Position numbers and translations under genes: made by a program. From NCBI GenBank assembly GCA_011051565.1, contig DRKX01000089.1, positions 4,808-68,807 of the forward strand: a stretch of 64,000 bases of DNA, read 5' to 3'. Below, piece after piece: positions 8,226 to 17,282 of the stretch. Numbering within the stretch: position 1 is the stretch's first letter; each line of letters opens with the position of its first letter. Origin of the DNA: Nitrospirota bacterium (lineage in GTDB: Bacteria > Nitrospirota > Thermodesulfovibrionia > Thermodesulfovibrionales > JdFR-85). The notes under the pieces are model-generated. The model had not been told where the DNA came from. It saw only the letters and a list, made by a program, of their open reading frames with translations, and did no database searches.

Positions 8226-9617
8226 ATGAAGCAGCAGGAACTCCTTAGAAGACTTCCATCGGTGGACGAGGTGCTGAAGAGCCCACGTGGAGCCGGATGG
8301 CTCGATGCCCATCCCAAAAGGTACGTGCTCCAGGCGGTCAGGGAGGTCATCGCCTTCAAGAGGATGGAGATACTCGCCGGCGGCACCCCTGATGTGAGTC
8401 CCGACGCCGTGGCAACTGATGTGGAACTGCGTATCGAGAGGCTCACGGCAAAGAGGCTCAGGCCGGTAATAAACGCCACGGGCGTGGTGATTCATACCAA
8501 CCTCGGCCGTGCACCGCTGCCGCCGGACGTGCTCAGGAACGTCGTGGAAGTCGCCCGTGGATACTCCAACCTCGAGTACGATCTCGATTCCGGAACGAGG
8601 GGGGAGCGGTATGACCACGTGAGGTGGATACTGAGGGAGATCACAGGGGCCGAGGACGCGCTCGTTGTGAACAACAATGCAGCAGCCGTGCTGCTCTGCC
8701 TGAGCACACTCGCAAGGGGCAGGGAGGTCGTCGTCTCGAGGGGGGAACTCATTGAGATCGGCGGGGCCTTCAGGATCCCCGACGTCATGCTCCAAAGCGG
8801 TGCTGTCTTGAGGGAGGTCGGGACGACGAACAAGACGAACCTCGGTGACTATGAGGGCGCCGTCGACCGAGAGAGGACGGCACTGCTGCTGAAGATACAC
8901 CAGTCCAACTACAGGGTGATCGGGTTCACCGAGGACGTTCCGATCGGTGAACTCGTCGGGCTCGGCAGGAGAGAGGGTGTTCCGGTCATGTTCGATCTCG
9001 GCAGCGGCTGTCTCACCGACCTCAGACCCTACGGCATACATGACGAACCTCTTGTTCACGATGTGGTCGGCGCAGGGGTGGACATCGTGACCTTCAGCGG
9101 CGACAAGCTCCTCGGCGGTCCGCAGGCCGGAATAATCGTCGGCAGGAAGGACCTCACCGACAGGATAGCCGCGCATCCCCTGGCAAGGGCCGTTAGGGTT
9201 GACAAGCTCACCCTTGCCGCCCTGGAGTCGACGCTGCTGTGTCATGCCGACCCCGAGAAGGCGAAGGAGAAGATCCCGGTGCTCAGGACCCTCTTGCAGG
9301 GTGAGGAAGCGATAAGGAGGCGCGCAAAGAGGATCATGCTGCTGCTGAAGAGGAGCCTTGGGGATGCCGAGGTGTCTGTTGAGCAGGACGAGTCCCAGGC
9401 CGGAGGAGGCGCTCTGCCGGGAGTGAGCCTGCCCACGTACGTTGTCACGCTGAAGGTGAGAGGTGTCTCGGCCCGCCACATCGAGCAGAGTCTAAGAAGG
9501 GGGCCGGTCGGAGTGATCGCGAGGATAAAGTCGGGCCGCGTGGTCTTCGACGCAAGGACGATAAGGGATTCAGAGGTGAAACCCCTCGTACAGGCGGTCA
9601 GAGAGGCGGCTGGTTGA
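8226..9617 (+). CDS. selA: L-seryl-tRNA(Sec) selenium transferase
   Basis: The protein is colinear with SelA over its full length. Motifs include LRPVINATGVVIHTNLGRAPL and the PLP-lysine motif FSGDKLLGGPQAGIIVG. Confidence 0.9.
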   Translation: MKQQELLRRLPSVDEVLKSPRGAGWLDAHPKRYVLQAVREVIAFKRMEILAGGTPDVSPDAVATDVELRIERLTAKRLRPVINATGVVIHTNLGRAPLPPDVLRNVVEVARGYSNLEYDLDSGTRGERYDHVRWILREITGAEDALVVNNNAAAVLLCLSTLARGREVVVSRGELIEIGGAFRIPDVMLQSGAVLREVGTTNKTNLGDYEGAVDRERTALLLKIHQSNYRVIGFTEDVPIGELVGLGRREGVPVMFDLGSGCLTDLRPYGIHDEPLVHDVVGAGVDIVTFSGDKLLGGPQAGIIVGRKDLTDRIAAHPLARAVRVDKLTLAALESTLLCHADPEKAKEKIPVLRTLLQGEEAIRRRAKRIMLLLKRSLGDAEVSVEQDESQAGGGALPGVSLPTYVVTLKVRGVSARHIEQSLRRGPVGVIARIKSGRVVFDARTIRDSEVKPLVQAVREAAG

Positions 9618-9626
9618 TTTTTTTTC

Positions 9627-9655
9627 TTGACAAAAAATTTTTTTCTTGCTACTGT
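9627..9655 (+). promoter_or_regulatory. Putative promoter of hup with extended -10
   Basis: A perfect -35 TTGACA (9627-9632) is followed by TGcTACTGT (9647-9655). The spacer to TACTGT is 17 nt. Confidence 0.45.
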
Positions 9656-9705
9656 TATTCAAGAACCGTTTATCGACCGCAAAACCCACTGAAATTCATA
9701 TTCCC

Positions 9706-9733
9706 GGTCCCCTTGGCGCAGAGGGCCTTTTTT
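9706..9733 (+). terminator. Intrinsic-terminator-like hairpin inside the hup leader
   Basis: GGUCCCCU (9706-9713), loop UGGCGC, then AGAGGGCC (9720-9727). Seven of eight positions pair, including one G-U. A run of six T follows at 9728-9733. Confidence 0.35.
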
Positions 9734-9884
9734 GTCTGAATCCGAACGCCGGTGGCGAGGGTGAGACGTCGTGCGACTTGCAGGAGGTGGAATGCAGCAG
9801 AGCCGGACCACCGGGAGTCTTGTTTTTTGCCGGGAGAACGAACAACAGAACAATCTCACAAGAGAAAGGGGGGAAGAAGAGTAG

Positions 9885-10157
9885 ATGACAAAGTCTGATC
9901 TTATTGACAAGGTTGCTTCAGATGCCGGATTGAGCAAGGCAGATGCGAGCAGGGCACTGGATGCCGTGCTGGATAACATCAAGAAGTCTCTCAAGAAGAA
10001 CCAGAAGGTGACGCTTGTCGGCTTCGGCACCTTCTCGGTCACCAAGAGGAAGGCGAGGAAGGGCCGCAATCCGAGAACAGGCGAGGAGATCAAGATAGCC
10101 GCTGCCAAGGTCCCGAAGTTCATACCGGGTAAGGGCTTGAAGGATGCCATCAAATAA
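9885..10157 (+). CDS. hup: DNA-binding protein HU
   Basis: The 90-aa product reads [11 protein letters not shown]...[48 protein letters not shown]. This is canonical HU/IHF. Confidence 0.95.
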   Translation: MTKSDLIDKVASDAGLSKADASRALDAVLDNIKKSLKKNQKVTLVGFGTFSVTKRKARKGRNPRTGEEIKIAAAKVPKFIPGKGLKDAIK

Positions 10158-10172
10158 CTCATTATTTCATTC

Positions 10173-10199
10173 CGGGGGATGGACCTCTTCCATCCCCCG
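10173..10199 (+). terminator. Rho-independent terminator after hup
   Basis: A 10-bp perfect stem, CGGGGGATGG / CCATCCCCCG, with a 7-nt loop. It is followed by gttccgcttttc. Confidence 0.55.
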
Positions 10200-10304
10200 T
10201 TCCGCTTTTCACAACGACGGCGACCCGCGTCAAGGGAATCAGACACTTGAAGTATTCGCGCATGTCGACATTGTCAGCCTTTAAAACCGCCAAGGAGGTG
10301 GCCA

Positions 10305-10610
10305 ATGTTAGCAGAGTTCAGCATAATCCCCCTCGGTGCAGGCAGCAGCATAGGGGATTATCTTGCCGACGTGCTCAGGATCGTCGACGAGAGCGGACTC
10401 CCCTACAAGGTGAACCCCATGGGGACGTGCGTGGAAGGGGAGTGGACGGAGATAATGAGGCTCATCAGGAAGTGCCACACTGCAGTGATGAAGAAGGCGG
10501 ACAGGGCCGTCATAAACATCTCGATCGACGACCGGAAGGGAAAACCGAACAGACTCGAACTCAAGGTCAAGTCAGTAGAGAAGAGGCTCGGCAGGAAACT
10601 CAAAAAATAG
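10305..10610 (+). CDS. MTH1187/YkoF-family (thiamine-binding-like, DUF77) small protein
   Basis: The 101-aa product reads MLAEFSIIPLGAGSSIGDYLADVLRIVDESGLPYKVNPMGTCVEGEW, typical of the family. The RBS is AAGGAGGT. It ends 9 nt upstream of the next gene. Confidence 0.75.
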   Translation: MLAEFSIIPLGAGSSIGDYLADVLRIVDESGLPYKVNPMGTCVEGEWTEIMRLIRKCHTAVMKKADRAVINISIDDRKGKPNRLELKVKSVEKRLGRKLKK

Positions 10611-10619
10611 GAGGTTGAG

Positions 10620-11717
10620 ATGTCCGACAAGATCACCCTCAGTGTCATCAAGGCCGATGTAGGCGGTTATGTCGGCCACTCGAGCATCCACCAGAACCTT
10701 GTCGACGTCGCCCGTGAGAGGCTCGCCAAGGCCAAGGAGCGGGGGGACCTCGCAGACTTTCACGTCACGCGTGTCGGTGATGACATCGAGCTCATCATGA
10801 CACATACGCGTGGAGTCGACAACGAGGATATCCACCAGCTTGCGTGGGACACCTTCGTCGCTGCAACCGAAGAGGCGAGGAGGCTCAAGCTCTATGGTGC
10901 AGGCCAGGACCTTCTCAGTGATGCGTTCGCCGGGAACGTGAGGGGCATGGGCCCAGGCGTGGCCGAGATGGAGTTCGTCGAGAGGAAGTCCGAGCCCGTG
11001 ATCGTCTTCATGGCCGACAAGACATCCCCCGGCGCCTGGAATCTCCCCCTCTACAAGACCTTTGCAGACCCTTTCAACACCGCGGGACTCGTGATAGACC
11101 CAACCATGCACGAAGGGTTCAGGTTCGAGGTGGTCGACGTATACGGGCACAAGTCCATTACGCTCTCGTGCCCTGAGGAGATGTACGACCTCCTGATGTT
11201 CATAGGTGCCATGAGGAGGTACCTGATAAGGCGCATCTACAGGAAGGACGGAGAGATATGTGCCGCTGCCTCCACGCAGAAGCTGAGCCTGATCGCGGGC
11301 AGGTACGTGGGAAAGGACGACCCGGTGCTGATAGTCAGGTGCCAGTCGGGTATGCCAGCCGTCGGCGAGGTGCTCGAGCCCTTCACGCTTCCTCACCTGG
11401 TCGAGGGCTGGATGCGCGGCTCTCACCACGGCCCCTTGATGCCGGTGCCGTTCTATGAGGCCAATCCATCGAGGTTCGACGGTCCGCCGAGGGTGACGGC
11501 CGCGGGATTCCAGATCAGCAATGGACGTCTCGTGGGCCCGAGGGACCTCTTTGACGACCCGGCGTTCGACAGGGCGAGGAGGCTCTGTAACGAGGTCAGC
11601 GACTACATGAGGGCTCACGGCCCCTTCGAGCCCCACAGGCTCGGCCTCGACGACCTCGAGTACACGACGATGCCTCAGTTGATGAAGAAGCTCGAGGAGA
11701 GGTTTCAGCCCGAGTGA
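10620..11717 (+). CDS. fbp: Bifunctional fructose-1,6-bisphosphate aldolase/phosphatase (class V FBPase)
   Basis: The N-terminus is ITLSVIKADVGGYVGHSSIH. The 365-aa product is colinear with the archaeal/deep-branching bacterial FBP aldolase/phosphatase family (FBPase_3). Confidence 0.9.
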   Translation: MSDKITLSVIKADVGGYVGHSSIHQNLVDVARERLAKAKERGDLADFHVTRVGDDIELIMTHTRGVDNEDIHQLAWDTFVAATEEARRLKLYGAGQDLLSDAFAGNVRGMGPGVAEMEFVERKSEPVIVFMADKTSPGAWNLPLYKTFADPFNTAGLVIDPTMHEGFRFEVVDVYGHKSITLSCPEEMYDLLMFIGAMRRYLIRRIYRKDGEICAAASTQKLSLIAGRYVGKDDPVLIVRCQSGMPAVGEVLEPFTLPHLVEGWMRGSHHGPLMPVPFYEANPSRFDGPPRVTAAGFQISNGRLVGPRDLFDDPAFDRARRLCNEVSDYMRAHGPFEPHRLGLDDLEYTTMPQLMKKLEERFQPE

Positions 11718-12322
11718 GCGAGGATGTCCTCTATGTGCCTCAGGGCACCCTGCAGGCCTTTCTCCCTGAGGATTTCCAGTACATCCCTGCTGCCGAGCCT
11801 CTTGAGGATGCGGGTCCTTCTCTCCGGGGGCGCCAGGTCCTTCCTCACCACGGCAAGGTGCTGGAGAAGGACGCCGACATCCTCGGTGTAGAGTTCCTCT
11901 ATCTCCTCCCTGATGCTCCTCGCCAGGGCGGGGCTCGCCCCTGATGTTGAGACCGCTATCGTGAGGTCGCCCCTCCTCACTACTGAAGGCACGATGAAGG
12001 TGCATAGGTCGGGTACATCCACCACGTTTACCGGGATGTTCCCGGCATCCCTCGATACCCTCCGGTTTACGTCCATGTCGGACGTTGCGGCGATGACGAC
12101 GAATGCCCCTTCGAGGTCTCCGCTGCGGTACTTCCTCTCCGAGTGACTGATCCGGCCGGCCCTCTTCAGTGCCTCGAGGCCCTCCGTGAGTTCCGGACTG
12201 ATCACGGTCACCTCAGCCCCTGCATCCAGCAGCGCGAGCACCTTTCTTTCGGCGACCCCGCCGCCGCCGACCACGACGCACCTCTTGCCTCGAATATCGA
12301 GAAAGACGGGATAGTACCTCAC
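11705..12322 (-). CDS. Precorrin-2 dehydrogenase / sirohydrochlorin ferrochelatase (SirC, CysG N-terminal type)
   Basis: The N-terminus is MRYYPVFLDIRGKRCVVVGGGGVAERKV (Rossmann fold). The motif VNVVD is also present. The 205-aa length fits the stand-alone enzyme. Confidence 0.8.
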   Translation of the reverse strand: MRYYPVFLDIRGKRCVVVGGGGVAERKVLALLDAGAEVTVISPELTEGLEALKRAGRISHSERKYRSGDLEGAFVVIAATSDMDVNRRVSRDAGNIPVNVVDVPDLCTFIVPSVVRRGDLTIAVSTSGASPALARSIREEIEELYTEDVGVLLQHLAVVRKDLAPPERRTRILKRLGSRDVLEILREKGLQGALRHIEDILAHSG

Positions 12323-13077
12323 TTTGAACTCTCGGCCATGAGCTTTTCCGCCTTTTCTGCGAATTCAGAGTCGGGGAAGCGCCTGATCAGCTCGGCGAGG
12401 TACTTGACGGAGTCCTCCGGGCGGTTCAGTCTCCTGTAGGAGAGGCCCGTGAGGTATAGGACCTCGGGAGCCCTCTTGTAGTCGGGAAACTCCTTGAGCA
12501 GGCCGACGAACCTCCCGACGGCGGCAGCGTATGAGCCCTTCTTGTAGTAGAACCTGCCCACGTGGAACTCGTACTCGGCGATGAGGTTGCGGCACTCCCT
12601 TATCTTCAGCTCGACAGCCTCCCTGTAGGGGTTTCTCGGATACAGCCTCAGGAGCTTCTGGAACTCCTCCAGGGCCTTCCTCGCCCCGCCGGCACCCCTC
12701 TCCGGGCCCTCTATCTGCCTGAAGTACACCAGGGCGATCTGGTACTGTGCAAAGGGCGCACGCGGATGGTCCGGATACATCTGGAGAAACCGCCTGTACT
12801 CCTCGACCGCGAGCTCAGGCTGTCCCTCCTTTACGTAGGATTCGGCTATCTTCAGCTGTGCGAGCGGGGCGTATCTCTTCGAGAGGTCCCGGTTCTTCAC
12901 TTCAAAGAGTATCTTCCTCGCCTCTTCGTACTCGTCCACCTCTATGAACCTGCTCGCCTGCTGGAGCATTGCCTTGGGATCGAACGCCTCCTGCCTGACG
13001 GACTTCTCCGGGGCACATGAGGACAAGAGCAGCGCCGGCACGATCAGGAGCAGTGGAAAGAGTCTCTTTTTCATCAC
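12319..13077 (-). CDS. bamD: Outer-membrane protein assembly factor BamD (TPR lipoprotein)
   Basis: A lipobox is present (LLLSSC). The 252-aa product has TPR repeats throughout (AQYQIALVYF, EFHVGRFYYKKGSYAAA, ALYLTGLSYRRL). Confidence 0.7.
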   Translation of the reverse strand: MMKKRLFPLLLIVPALLLSSCAPEKSVRQEAFDPKAMLQQASRFIEVDEYEEARKILFEVKNRDLSKRYAPLAQLKIAESYVKEGQPELAVEEYRRFLQMYPDHPRAPFAQYQIALVYFRQIEGPERGAGGARKALEEFQKLLRLYPRNPYREAVELKIRECRNLIAEYEFHVGRFYYKKGSYAAAVGRFVGLLKEFPDYKRAPEVLYLTGLSYRRLNRPEDSVKYLAELIRRFPDSEFAEKAEKLMAESSK

Positions 13078-13253
13078 GTTATTTAATCCTCATCAGTATG
13101 AATTAGTCAAGCACCCGGAGCCTGATATCCGCTGGCCTCCCGTATTTGCCCGTGGATGTCCAAGGGCCTCGGCCGGATGATGAATCCGATGGAGGGGCAT
13201 CGCCCGTTGTGACAGGACCTCGAGGCGGGTGTGAGTGCTGCAGGCGTTCGCAT

Positions 13254-15587
13254 TCAGATGTTTTCTTCCATCTCCCAGACGCCGCAGGGACAGATGCCCG
13301 CACAGAAGCCGCAGCCTATGCAGAGTGCGTCGTCGACCACGTAGGCATAGGAGCCGTCACTGTACTCCTGTCTGCTGATGGCACCGTAGTAGCACGTCGC
13401 CTCACACATGTGGCAGTCCCTGCATACGGCACACGACATGCACCGGTTCGCCTCTGACTCGGGCTTGAACGGCTCGCCGCGGCAGACGTCGTAGTATGCG
13501 GTCTTTATCTTGTCGTATGGTATGACGGGCCTCGGCGCGGGCCTGTAGAAAGACCTTCCCGACAGCAGGGCATGGACCGCCATGGCCGCCCTTCTGCCGT
13601 GGCCTATGGCATGGGTGACGAGGCCGAGCCTCGTGGCATCGCCGATTGCGAATATCTTCGGGTCAGAGGTGTGTCCGGCCTCGTCCGCCTCTATCCATCC
13701 GTTCCTGTCCGTATGGACCGAGGGCGGCAGGAAGTCTGTCACGGGCGAGTCCCCGATGGAGACGACCACGAGGTCGGCCTCGATGGAGGAGCCGTCGGTG
13801 AAGTAGACCTTCTTCTCGGCCTTCACGTACTTTTCGGTGAACTTCGGCCAGACGATCTTCGTCCCGAGCGCCTCTGCGATCTCGAGCTCCTTGCCGAAGG
13901 CCGCTGGTTTCTGGACGTCGACGGCCGTCACCTCTTCGGCTCCGCAGTGAAAGGCCTCTGCGGCAACGTCCATGCCCACGTTTCCTGCGCCGATTATCAC
14001 CACGCGCATGCCTTTGAGGTCCGGTGGGTTGCCGGTGTTGATCTCCCTCAGGAAGTCGTATGCCGTCACCATGTCTTCAGCACCCGGCACGTTCAGCCTC
14101 CTCGGCCTGTGGGCACCGCAGGCCACTACGACTGCGTCATGGGTCTTGTATATCTCTTCGAATCTCTCCTTGTCCACCCTCACGCCGGTATGCACGCTGA
14201 CGCCCACCTCCTCGAACCTGTCGAGTTCGCTCCTGAGCACGTCCTGCGGGAGCCGCTCCCTCGGTATGGAGAATTCGAGCTTTCCGCCGAGCTTCTCCTC
14301 GGCCTCGTAGAGGTCGACGTCGTGACCTTCGAGGGCGAGCTGCCAGGCTGCAGAGAGCCCGCCCGGCCCTCCGCCTATGACCGCCACCTTCCGGCCGGTC
14401 TTCTCCTTCGGCTTCGGAGCCGCTGCTTCACGGCTTGCCTTGCCGAGGCCCTTGATGTTGAGCGGTTCGTCGACGATCGCCCTTGTACAGGCCTCCATGC
14501 AGGGGTTCGGGCATATCTCGCCGCAGACCGTAGCCGGAAGCGGGCTGTACCTGAGCACGAGCTCGAGGGCCTCGAGTATCCTGCCCGACCTCAAGAGCTC
14601 CGCGCGTCTTCTGGTCGGTATGCCGCTGGGGCAGTTGTACTCGCATGGGGGAGCGTACTTTTCGTTGTTCCAGACAGGCCTGTACCTCCGGTCAGAACCT
14701 GTCGTGATGTATGGAAGCACGGTGGTCGGGTGGGTTATGTATTCTGCAAAAATCCCTCCCTTGCCTACGCCGGCCTCCCATATCTCGGACCGGAACTCGG
14801 AGATGGTCTTCTTGAAGGGCTTTCTCTTAGCCCTCTCCTGGGCGGTATACGGAATGAGCTTCTTCCACTCCCGGATCGAGCTCGTCAGTTCGTCATAGTA
14901 GTCGGAGCGCTCTATGGCCTCGAGATAGGGCTTCATGTGCGTGGTGAGCCACTGCCAGTCCTGGTCGGTTAGGTCGAGCAGCTTCACGTCGGTCTCGCTG
15001 TAGCCCTCTATGGGACCACGGAAGTAAATTATCCCCTCGACCATGCCGACGCACGGGCGGTAGCCGAGTATGTTCTTCGGGTTTCTCGGGTTCACCCCGC
15101 AGACTACGGCGATGCCGCCGGCCTTGAACTCTGCGAACGTATCGCCCACGTCCCTGAAGTACCACGACTGCGGCGGGTCGAACCTCGGGTTGTGCTTCGT
15201 CATCGTGTCGCAGCGTGCTCCGCCGCTGCCCTGCACGTAGAGTATGCCCTGGGCTGCAGCGTTGTGGGCGCCGTTGGTGACGTCGCCGAGTACCGTTATC
15301 TTTGCCCCGCAGTTGAGCCAGCCGACGTCGTCCGAGGCACTGCCCTTGACCACGATCTCGGTGCCGAACATCCCCATGCTGCCGAGCCTCTGTCCCACCG
15401 GCCCCTCGACCGTGATCTTCACCGTCTCGGGCCTCGGCCATATACGGCCGCCGATGCCGTGCTGGCCGTCGGCTATGATCAGGAGCTCGCGCGCACCCTG
15501 CCTGACGGCCTCCTGAATCTCCTCTTCGAAGACCCTCGAGGGGACCCTCTTTCCGTCTACCGTTCCCTTGATCGTGACCTTGCTCAT
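13254..15587 (-). CDS. Glutamate synthase subunit: GXGXG domain fused to a GltD-like NAD(P)H flavin oxidoreductase and a 2x[4Fe-4S] ferredoxin
   Basis: The N-terminal GXGXG domain shows IADGQHGIGGRIW and VQGSGGARCDTM. The Rossmann motif is GRKVAVIGGGPGGLSAAWQLALEGHDVDLYE. The C-terminal Cys clusters are CMSCAVCRDCHMC and CIGCGFCAGICPC. Confidence 0.8.
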   Translation of the reverse strand: MSKVTIKGTVDGKRVPSRVFEEEIQEAVRQGARELLIIADGQHGIGGRIWPRPETVKITVEGPVGQRLGSMGMFGTEIVVKGSASDDVGWLNCGAKITVLGDVTNGAHNAAAQGILYVQGSGGARCDTMTKHNPRFDPPQSWYFRDVGDTFAEFKAGGIAVVCGVNPRNPKNILGYRPCVGMVEGIIYFRGPIEGYSETDVKLLDLTDQDWQWLTTHMKPYLEAIERSDYYDELTSSIREWKKLIPYTAQERAKRKPFKKTISEFRSEIWEAGVGKGGIFAEYITHPTTVLPYITTGSDRRYRPVWNNEKYAPPCEYNCPSGIPTRRRAELLRSGRILEALELVLRYSPLPATVCGEICPNPCMEACTRAIVDEPLNIKGLGKASREAAAPKPKEKTGRKVAVIGGGPGGLSAAWQLALEGHDVDLYEAEEKLGGKLEFSIPRERLPQDVLRSELDRFEEVGVSVHTGVRVDKERFEEIYKTHDAVVVACGAHRPRRLNVPGAEDMVTAYDFLREINTGNPPDLKGMRVVIIGAGNVGMDVAAEAFHCGAEEVTAVDVQKPAAFGKELEIAEALGTKIVWPKFTEKYVKAEKKVYFTDGSSIEADLVVVSIGDSPVTDFLPPSVHTDRNGWIEADEAGHTSDPKIFAIGDATRLGLVTHAIGHGRRAAMAVHALLSGRSFYRPAPRPVIPYDKIKTAYYDVCRGEPFKPESEANRCMSCAVCRDCHMCEATCYYGAISRQEYSDGSYAYVVDDALCIGCGFCAGICPCGVWEMEENI

Positions 15588-15620
15588 ATCCCGAGCCTCT
15601 CAAAAGCGCGTCCGCGGCGT

Positions 15621-17282
15621 CTAACACGCATAGCTTATCTCCAGCCGCTCTGCAACCGCAGGGTCGTCCGCACTGATGCCGTCGGACATCCCGATCGGCA
15701 GCTCCGTGCTCCTCCCCATCGGCGCGAATATCTTCTTCAGCTCTACATCGAGGGCCTTGAAGACCTCAACGACCCTTTCAGCCACGTTGTCGGGGTCGAG
15801 CCTCCTGTAGAGCCTCGGGTCCTGAGTGGTGATGCCCCTCGGACACTTCCCGATGTTACAGATGTTGCAGCGGTTGTACTCGTCGCCGAGGCAGCCTGCA
15901 GCGGCCTGCATTATGTACTTTCCTATCGACACGGCCGAGGCCCCGAGCATGAAGAGGGCTGCCGAGTTCGCCGCGAGATTGCCCTTCTTGCCCACGCCTC
16001 CGGCTGCAATGAGCGGCAGTTCGTTCTGCTTGCCCTGTTTCACCAGGTCGAGGTAACACTCCCTCAGGTTGGAGGCGATCGGATGGCCCATCTTGTCCAT
16101 CGATACATTGTAAGCCGCGCCTGTGCCGCCGTCTTCACCGTCGATGGAGAGGGCTGCGGCGTAAGGGTTTCTCACGAGGTTGTTGAGTACGGCCCGTGCA
16201 GTCCTCGATCCGGATATCTTCGGGTATACGGGCACCCTGAAACCCCATGCCATGGACATCGACTGTATCATCTTCGCCACAGACTCCTCTATCGAGTACT
16301 TGGTCTGGTGCGTGGGCGGTGACGGAAGGTCTACGCCCATGGGGACCCCCCTTATCTCGGCGATCAGCCTGAGCACCTTGTGCGCCATCAGGAGGCCGCC
16401 GTCACCCGGCTTTGCGCCCTGGCCGTACTTTATCTCTATTGCGCACGGGTCTTCCACCATGTGAGGGATCGCCCTCACGATCTCGTCCCACCCGAAGTAG
16501 CCAGATGCTATCTGCAGGATGAAGTACTTGATGAACCTCGACTTCAGGAGCCGTGCGGGCATCCCGCCCTCGCCCGAGCACATTACCACTGGCATGCCCT
16601 CGACCTCGTTGAGATATGTGATACCCATGGCGAGTCCCTCCCACATGGTGGGAGAGAGGGCGCCTATGGACATGCTGCCTATCATCACGGGATATATCTC
16701 CCTGACCGGCGGGATGAAGTCCGCCGAGGTCCTGTCCACTTCGAGCCTGCCGTCGACCACCTTCAGCGGCAGCTCATCCGGCGGCAGTATCCTTCCGAGG
16801 TACGTCCTGATCCTGAACTCGTGCCTGCCTGCGTCGAGGGCCGGGTCTGTGAGCATGGATATCCGGGTGAACTTCAGCCTGTCGAGAGTGCCGGGCTCGG
16901 GGTCGTTCCTCCTGCCGCCCCTCCGGTAGGGGTGGCCTCCCCTGTTCTTGTGGAATATGAACTTGTGCTGCGGATTGTACTCCGGCTCTATGGCGTCGTT
17001 GGGACATACAAGGGTGCAGGTGCCGCAGCCGGTGCAGTAACGGCTGATGTCACTCGTCTGCCTCACGACCGTTGCCGTGCTCCTCGAGACCCTCGGCTGC
17101 GGGACTGGCCCCTCGGAGCTGACGCTCCTCTTCACGACCACCGCCGGCTCTATCGAGAGCATGGGGCAGACGGCGGTGCACCTGCCGCAGCGCTTGCACC
17201 TGTCGTCACGCCACCTGACTATGTACGGGAAGTCCTTTATCGTCAGCTCATAGTTGTGGTCCAACCTTGAAGCTGGTTCCAT
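15621..17282 (-). CDS. Glutamate synthase FMN/Fe-S (Glu_synthase) domain subunit with N-terminal ferredoxin
   Basis: The preferred start is MEPASRLD, with RBS GAGGAGGT 6 nt upstream. Ferredoxin motifs are CKRCGRCTAVCP and CTGCGTCTLVCP. The TIM-barrel core shows IDGEDGGTGAAY and IAAGGVG. It overlaps the upstream gene by 40 nt. Confidence 0.85.
   Translation of the reverse strand: MEPASRLDHNYELTIKDFPYIVRWRDDRCKRCGRCTAVCPMLSIEPAVVVKRSVSSEGPVPQPRVSRSTATVVRQTSDISRYCTGCGTCTLVCPNDAIEPEYNPQHKFIFHKNRGGHPYRRGGRRNDPEPGTLDRLKFTRISMLTDPALDAGRHEFRIRTYLGRILPPDELPLKVVDGRLEVDRTSADFIPPVREIYPVMIGSMSIGALSPTMWEGLAMGITYLNEVEGMPVVMCSGEGGMPARLLKSRFIKYFILQIASGYFGWDEIVRAIPHMVEDPCAIEIKYGQGAKPGDGGLLMAHKVLRLIAEIRGVPMGVDLPSPPTHQTKYSIEESVAKMIQSMSMAWGFRVPVYPKISGSRTARAVLNNLVRNPYAAALSIDGEDGGTGAAYNVSMDKMGHPIASNLRECYLDLVKQGKQNELPLIAAGGVGKKGNLAANSAALFMLGASAVSIGKYIMQAAAGCLGDEYNRCNICNIGKCPRGITTQDPRLYRRLDPDNVAERVVEVFKALDVELKKIFAPMGRSTELPIGMSDGISADDPAVAERLEISYAC

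Noticed and set aside
8145-9479. Long antisense ORFs lie opposite well-supported genes. Examples are 444 aa opposite selA, 477 aa at 10572-12005 opposite fbp, 499 aa at 46891-48390 opposite lysA, 521 aa at 35721-37286, 395 aa at 41372-42559 and 466 aa at 13572-14972.
   Set aside because: These are typical shadow ORFs of GC-rich DNA. Their translations are Arg/Pro/Gly/His-rich and low in complexity, they lack any recognisable motif and RBS, and they fully overlap genes with strong family signatures.
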